From Bugula neritina (taxonomy: Eukaryota > Animalia > Bryozoa): DNA of 17,018 bases. Shown here in pieces: positions 10,874 to 17,018 of this stretch. Made by a program: the position numbers and the translations under genes. Position 1 is the stretch's first letter, and each line of letters begins with the position of its first letter. The notes beneath the pieces were generated by a model. That model saw only the letters and a list, made by a program, of their open reading frames with translations, did no database searches and was not told where the DNA came from. The stretch is from the NCBI GenBank assembly GCA_964035545.1, contig CAXIUT010000105.1, forward strand, positions 1 through 17,018, read 5' to 3'.

Positions 10874-11028
10874 GTTGGGGTTGGGGTTGGGGTTGGGGTT
10901 GGGGTTGGGGTTGGGGTTGGGGTTGGGGTTGGGGTTGGGGTTGGGTGGGGTTGGGGTTGGGGTTGGGGTTGGGGTTGGGGTTGGGGTTGGGGTTGGGGTT
11001 GGGGTTGGGGTTGGGGTTGGGGTTGGGT
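10874..11028 (+). repeat. (GGGGTT)n telomere tract closing the gene-rich minichromosome, internal in this window
   Basis: About 155 nt of G4T2 repeats, 110 nt after the last stop codon and preceded by an AT-rich subtelomere. Confidence 0.96.
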
Positions 11029-12807
11029 CTAAACTAAGTAGCCATGATCAAAGAAGAAGAATCATATAATTATATACTTCCAAGAGTTTAAAGCTAAAAC
11101 TTACAACCTGAAAATAGTAAAGAGAACCTGATTGATAAAAAATAATAAAAAATTAAATAAAAATAATAAGTGCTACCATTCTCAAAATTATAATTAATTA
11201 AACCTGTTAGTTTCAATAGTTCAGATATTCTTTTTTTAAATGGATCAGGAGCAATTTTGTATCAAATAAAAGATGTTTTATCATTCATTTTAGAAGAGTA
11301 AAAAAAAACTTTCGCAGCTTAGAAAGATGAAAAGTAGAACAAAAAAGTGAAAAGAAAATAAAAGAAAATATAGAAACCCTAAAGACAAAAACATAGTTAG
11401 AAAAAATCAAAGAATAAAAAGTAATTATCTCAAAAATAACATGAACAAATAGACTCTATTGCTTAAGCTTTATATAAAAACAAAAAAGCTAATAAAATAA
11501 TTGAGAAGTCTTTGATTAAAAATGATATAAATAGTCAGTAAAATCAATAATAACACCAATAAAATCTCTTAAAAATAGAATAGAAGTAATAAACTGGAAA
11601 AAAAGACTATAAATAATCATTAATTTACAAGCTGTTACAAAAAAACAAATCTCTTAAGATAATGAATCACCCCTTACAAGTACAAAGTATTTCAGGTATG
11701 CTTGAAAATTAACAAAAATTAATTTATCTAAATTCAGCTTCTTATTTGTATATCTTTCATTAAATTTAATAATATATCAAACAAGCATTATTGGAAATAC
11801 GTCGTTTTCAAATTAGATAATAAGCGTAAAGATATTCTAAATAAATTGAAATGAACTTTTAGCAACTAAAGTAGATGATTTTTAAACAATTTTAAAACAG
11901 CTAGTAAAAATCTGAGAATAGTTAAAAAGATTATGTTAATAAAATAAAATAAAAAATAAAGTAAAGCTAACAATATTTGTAATTATAATAAATACTCTAA
12001 ATGTAATAAATAAAATATGAAAGTTCTGCTGGTATTTTAATAAAGATGCAATAAATATTACTAAACTCGTTAATAAAAGCCATATCTTTTCTATCTATAT
12101 ATTATTAAGAAAAAACAGCAAATTAAAAGAAATAATTCGAAAGAAAAGAGTGTAAAAAAGTGAAAAGAAAAAATAAGAAAATTTAAAAGCCTGATAATTT
12201 TCGATAGAGAAAGTATAAAAATAAAAAAGAGTGATTATTTCATAAATAAGATGAACAAATAGATCCTTTTGTTTTAGGCTTAAATAAAGATTTACATAAA
12301 TAATCAGGTAGAAGTATTCTTGAGGAAAGTCCCTCAGTTAAGAATGACAAAAATGAGGAATAAAATCAATAATAACATCAGGAAAGTATTCTCTTCAAAG
12401 TTGAAGAGAAAAAAGAAAGAAAGGAATCCTAGATTTTACCAGTCTTAAAGAATTCTTTAAAGAATATAATTTTGTAAGAAGAAAAAGAATAGCCATAAGT
12501 ACTAGATGAAAATTTTATTTTGAAATAGCCTTTAAATATCACAGAAGAAGAAAAAAAAAAGCTTTTTAAAAATTCGAAAAAGAATATGATAGATTGTCAT
12601 AATAGTAGAAGTATTATTGTTGTTATTTAAAAACCATTTAAAAATAAGTAAAGAGGATTAATACTGCTAAAAAACTACATCATATGTCGATTTAAATCAA
12701 TAAGTTATTAGCTTAAAAGGAGTGATAAATTTATTGTTCATTAATTATTATTTTTCTAAATCTTATGCCAGCTGATTCAATCAGCTGAAGTTATTTATTA
12801 TCTTTGA
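11029..12807 (+). pseudogene. Repeat ORF copy A: unknown K/E-rich protein, 5'-clipped, with an internal TGA
   Basis: The frame opens at the telomere junction (ATG11044 corresponds to ATT in copy C) and runs 396 codons to TGA12232, which is TCA in copy B. It then continues to TGA12805. Homologous to 13565-15263 and 15977-16948. Confidence 0.7.
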
Positions 12808-13502
12808 AGTACTTATTTTAAGGTATTATTATTTTTAAAATTAATTTTAGTCGAAAACAAATATTCTTAAGAAAAAAAGCAAGTATGTTCGGTAGAACTA
12901 ATACCTCCGTTTGCTTTGTTTTTATCAGCCTTTTAATTTTTAAATTTATTTATTTTCGATAAATTCAGCAATGTTTTGTAAAAATTATAATTTATGATTA
13001 TTTTTTCTTATCTTCTTTAAAATAGTTAGTATCAGTGTTCTAAGGTTTTTTTCTGGATTGAGTTTATTAAAGAAGAAAGTATCCTTAGTATAAATAAGTA
13101 TAAAGACCTATATTTATTCTTTAATCATATTAAATATTTAATAGTTTGCAAAGTCAGATAATAGTTTAAAATGACTATCAATGATAGAATGAAATTGAGA
13201 TCATTATTTATTTTTGTTGTTTGACACTTTTTTGAATCCAAATCCTACAAAAGCAAAAAGAACAATAATCATAATTACAGGAACAGTAACATCTTCAAAG
13301 AAACCTTAAATCAAAATAATGCAGGAAATAACTATGATGCTTATTACGAATAAGATGAAACTTGTCAAAAGGAAACAGCTAATTGTAAGATGAGTTGTCT
13401 TTTGAAATTAAAAATTATCAAAAAATTGATCAGTACTTTATAGAAATGGCTTTTAAATTTTGATATAAATGTTTTAAAACTATTATTAACTCTTAAACAG
13501 TC

Positions 13503-13564
13503 GGGGTTGGGGTTGGGGTTGGGTTGGGGTTGGGGTTGGGGTTGGGGTTGGGGTTGGGGTTGGG
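13503..13564 (+). repeat. Interstitial (GGGGTT)n telomere tract
   Basis: 62 nt of G4T2 repeats with unique sequence on both sides. Confidence 0.96.
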
Positions 13565-15263
13565 AGAATCCTTTAATTATATAATTCCAAGAGGTCAATA
13601 TTAAAACTTACAACTTGAAAATAGTCGAGAGAACGTGATTGATAAAAAATAATAAGAGCTTTAATAGGAACTATTTTTACCATTCTCCAAATTATAATCA
13701 ATTGAACCTATTAGTCTCCAAAGTTCAGAAATTCTTTTTCTAAATGGATCAGGAGCAATTTTGTATCAAATAAAAAAAGTTTTATCATTCATTTTAGAAG
13801 AGTAAAAAAAAACTTTAGCAGCTTAGAAAGATGAAAAGTAAAACAAAAAAATCAAAAAAAATAAAAAAAAATATCGAGATCCTAAAGATATAGTAAGAAA
13901 AAAATCAATGAATATAAAATAATACTAACATATAGATTCTATTGACTAAATTTAATATAAAAATTAATCTGTTTAAAAAGATAATAAAATAATTGAGAAA
14001 AATTATTTGATTAAAAATGATAAGAATAGTCAATAAAATCAATAATAACACCAAGAAAATATCTTAAAAGTAGAACAGAAGAAAAAAATTGAAGAAAAAG
14101 ACTACTAAAAATCAATAATTTACAAGTTGTTCCAAAAAAACAAATCTCTAGAAATAATTAATCATCCATTACAAGTACAAAGTATTTCAGGTATGCTCAG
14201 AGATTAATAATAAAGTCTCTATTTGAAGGAAGCTAATTATTTATATCGCATTCATGAGAAGTAGGAGGATAATAAATCAAAGGCGATGAGGTTTCGATGT
14301 GGTCAAATTAAATAGTAAGCGAAAAGATATTCTAAATAAATTAATATGAAGCTTTAACAACTGAAATAGAGGATGATCTCTAAAATAGTATAATAATTTT
14401 AAAATAACCAGTTATAATAATAGTAATCTGAGAACAGTAAAGAAGATCATGCTCATAAAATAAAATAAAAAATCCAAAAAAAACTATTAGTAATTGTAAT
14501 TATAATAAATATCCTAAATAGAGTCAAAAATATTTGAAAGTTCTGCTGGTATTTTAATAAATATGCAAGAAATGTTATTAAACTCGTTAGTTAAAGTCAT
14601 ATCTTTTCTATCTATTTATTATGAAGAAAAAATAGCAAATTAAAAGAAATAAGTTGAAGAATCGCAGCGTCAAAAATTGAAAAGAAAAGATAAGAAAATA
14701 AAAAAGCCTTATAATTTTCGATAGAGGAAGTATAAAAATAAAAAAGAGTCATTATTTCATAAATAAGATGAACAAATAGATCCTTTTGTTTTAGGCTTAA
14801 ATAAAGATTTACATAAATAATCAGGTAGAAGTATTCTTGAGGAAAGTCATTCAGCTCAGAATGACAAAAATGAGGAATAAAATCAATAATAACATCAGGA
14901 AAGTATTCTCTTCAAAGTTGAAGAGAAAAAATAAACTGGAAAAAAGAAAGAATAGATCTTACCAGTCTTAAAGAATTCATCAAAAGGACATGATTTTGTA
15001 ATAAGAAAAACTAATAATCATTAATATAAGAAAAAGCTTTTATTATCAAAGAGCTTTAAAAGATAACAGAAGAAGAAAAAAAGATACTAAATAAAAAAAT
15101 AAAAGAGAATAAAAATGAGGAAGATAAATTGCCACAATTGTAGATATATCATTATTGCTATTTTTAATCTATTTAAAACTAAGTAAAAAATATTAATACT
15201 ACTAAAAAATTACATCTTAAATTGAGATAAGTCAAGAAATTATTAGCTCTAGAGGAATGATAG
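13565..15263 (+). pseudogene. Repeat ORF copy B: 5'-truncated and frameshifted
   Basis: Begins mid-ORF (ESFNYIIPR) directly after the telomere tract and shares blocks such as aatggatcaggagcaattttgtatcaaataaaa and ttacaagtacaaagtatttcaggt. It has a frameshift in the A-run near 13860 and TGA near 15223 where copy A has CGA. Confidence 0.75.
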
Positions 15264-15311
15264 TTATTATTCCTTTACTGATTATCTTATAATATAAAAT
15301 ATTTTTTTCAT

Positions 15312-15835
15312 TCTACGACACCATCACCTCGACACCGACAATCATCAACCCCCCCTTTTTTTATGATATTTTTGATAGAGAGTATTCGAACTAATAAATC
15401 TCGCTTTACAGCCAATATTGTATTTTGTCGTTTGAAAGTTATGACCTCGACAAAGTCAAAATTTTCAACTTTTTCAAATTTTAATGGTCCTATAACTTTT
15501 AAATGAGAGGTCCTACTGAACTAATAATAGTGTTTTCGGGGTCTATATCTCACGAGGATTTCGACAAGGTAATTATCTCTATCGTAAGACCTCAGGAATT
15601 AATCAGAGGGAGTTATTTTTCCTTAAGAAATCCTTTAAGGATTTATTTGTGGTAGAAATTAGTAGTAGACTAGAGCTACTCAATACTACTAGGAACTTTT
15701 ATAATTTTCTTAAAAATTATTTTAAAGCTTCATAATTTTTTTCGAGAGAGACAAGTTGTCAACTTCTCAAAGGAAATTTCTTAGCTATGGTACATCTATC
15801 ATTTAAATAGAAAAAAGGCAAGGTAGTCGTCGTTT
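15312..15835. other. CpG-enriched non-coding block with clustered inverted repeats
   Basis: Repeated CGACA motifs and at least five short inverted repeats or palindromes (see findings). No convincing ORF. Confidence 0.5.
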
Positions 15836-15976
15836 AAATCAATATATTTTTTTTTGATACTTGAATAAAAATTGATGAAGAGAATATAAAAATGCACTTA
15901 TAAAAATTGATGCTTAAAGAATGATAATAATATTTATAGATTAATTATTTTATTGTTGAACTATCAAAGAGAGAAG

Positions 15977-16948
15977 ATGATGTCAAAGTAAAGCAATCTA
16001 AACTAATTAGCCATTGTCAAAGAAGAAGAATCATTTAATTATATACTTCCAAGAGAAAAAAATTAAAACCTAAAACCTGAAAATAGTAAAGAGAATCAGA
16101 TTGATATAAAATAATAAAAAATTAACTAAGAACAATAAGTGTTACCATTCTCAAAATTATAATCAATTGAACCTGTTAGTTTCAATAGTTCAGATGTTCT
16201 TTTTTTTAAATGGATCAGGAGCAATTTTGTATCAAATAAAAAAAGTTTTATCATTCATTTTAGAAGAGTAAAACAAAAAATTTAGCAGCTTAGAACAAAA
16301 AAATTTAAAAAATAAAAAAAAATATAGAGACCCTAAAGACATAGAAAGAAAAAATTAGTTCATAAAAAGTAATTATCTCAAAAAGAACATGAACAAATAG
16401 ATTCTATTGCTTAAGTTTTAGATAAAAATGAAAAAGCTAATAAAATAATTGAGAAGTCTTTGATAAAAAATGATAAAAATAGTCAGTAAAATCAAAAATA
16501 ACACAAGAAAATCTCTTAATAATAGAATAGAAGTAATAAACTGGACAAAAAGACTATTTATAATCATTAATTTACTAGTTGTTACAAAAAACAAATCTCT
16601 AGAAATAATTAATCATCCCTTACAAGTACAAAGTATTTCAGGTGTGCTTGACATTTAATAAAGATAAATTTATCTAAATTCAGCTTCTTATTTGTATTGC
16701 TTTCACTAAATTTAATAATAAAACAAAAAATGTTGATGAGATTACGTCGTTTTCAAATTAGATAGTAAGCGTAAAGATATTCTAAATAAATTGAAATGAA
16801 CTTTTAGCAACTAAAGTAGATGATTTTTAAACAATATTAACATTTTCAAAACAGCTACTAAAAATCTGAGAATAGTAGATATGATCATGCTAATAAAATA
16901 AAAAAATAAAATAAAATAAAACTTATAGTAATTATAATTATAATAAAT
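15977..16948 (+). pseudogene. Repeat ORF copy C: intact 5' end, frameshifted, 3'-truncated by the telomere
   Basis: ATG ATG TCA AAG... (MMSKESNLNELAIVKEEESFNYILPR). It has an extra T in the T-run near 16200 relative to copy A. Homology stops at taataaat, where telomere repeats begin. Confidence 0.75.
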
Positions 16949-17018
16949 GGGGGTTGGGGTTGGGGTTGGGGTTGGGGTTGGGGTTGGGGTTGGGGTTGGG
17001 GTTGGGGTTGGGGTTGGG
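16949..17018 (+). repeat. Terminal right telomere, (GGGGTT)n
   Basis: G4T2 repeats running to the end of the window. Confidence 0.97.

Noticed and set aside
10819-11069. ORF-track peptides with WG/LG/GV repeats
   Set aside because: These are translations of the GGGGTT telomere tract, not genes.
12232-12234. TGA readthrough or context-dependent stop in copy A
   Set aside because: The paralogue has TCA here and copy B has its own TGA opposite CGA, so ordinary nonsense mutation is simpler. No conserved gene in the window has an internal TGA.
13365-13598. Minus-strand ORF with QP/NP repeats
   Set aside because: This is a translation of the interstitial telomere tract.
16190-16210. Programmed frameshifting at homopolymer runs in copies B and C
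   Set aside because: The shifts lie in A/T runs and differ among copies, consistent with decay or long-read error.
11029-16948. Autonomous retrotransposon or DNA transposon
   Set aside because: No RT (YxDD), DDE, endonuclease or helicase motifs, terminal inverted repeats or clear poly(A) tail were seen.

Overview
This is AT-rich ciliate macronuclear-type DNA with (CCCCAA)n/(GGGGTT)n telomere repeats. It must be read with a reassigned code in which TAA and TAG both encode Glu and TGA is the only stop (matches NCBI table 30, the peritrich code), so the supplied ORF track mostly shows fragments. Bases 1-11028 form a compact telomere-to-telomere minichromosome with about 10 genes: three hypotheticals, a SCO1/SenC protein, a VPS9-domain protein, an ICL1e/centrin-2-type centrin, proteasome beta-4 (PSMB2/PRE1 type), a TIS11-type tandem CCCH zinc finger, a BRE1-like RING ligase and a secreted Cys-repeat protein. 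All three well-supported introns are exactly 20 nt. Beyond that right telomere the sequence continues for about 6 kb as three diverged, degenerate copies of one unknown K/E-rich ORF. Two copies are joined directly behind G-strand telomere tracts at nearly the same 5' point, and the third follows a palindrome-rich spacer and is cut by the terminal telomere. Translations and counts were done by hand.
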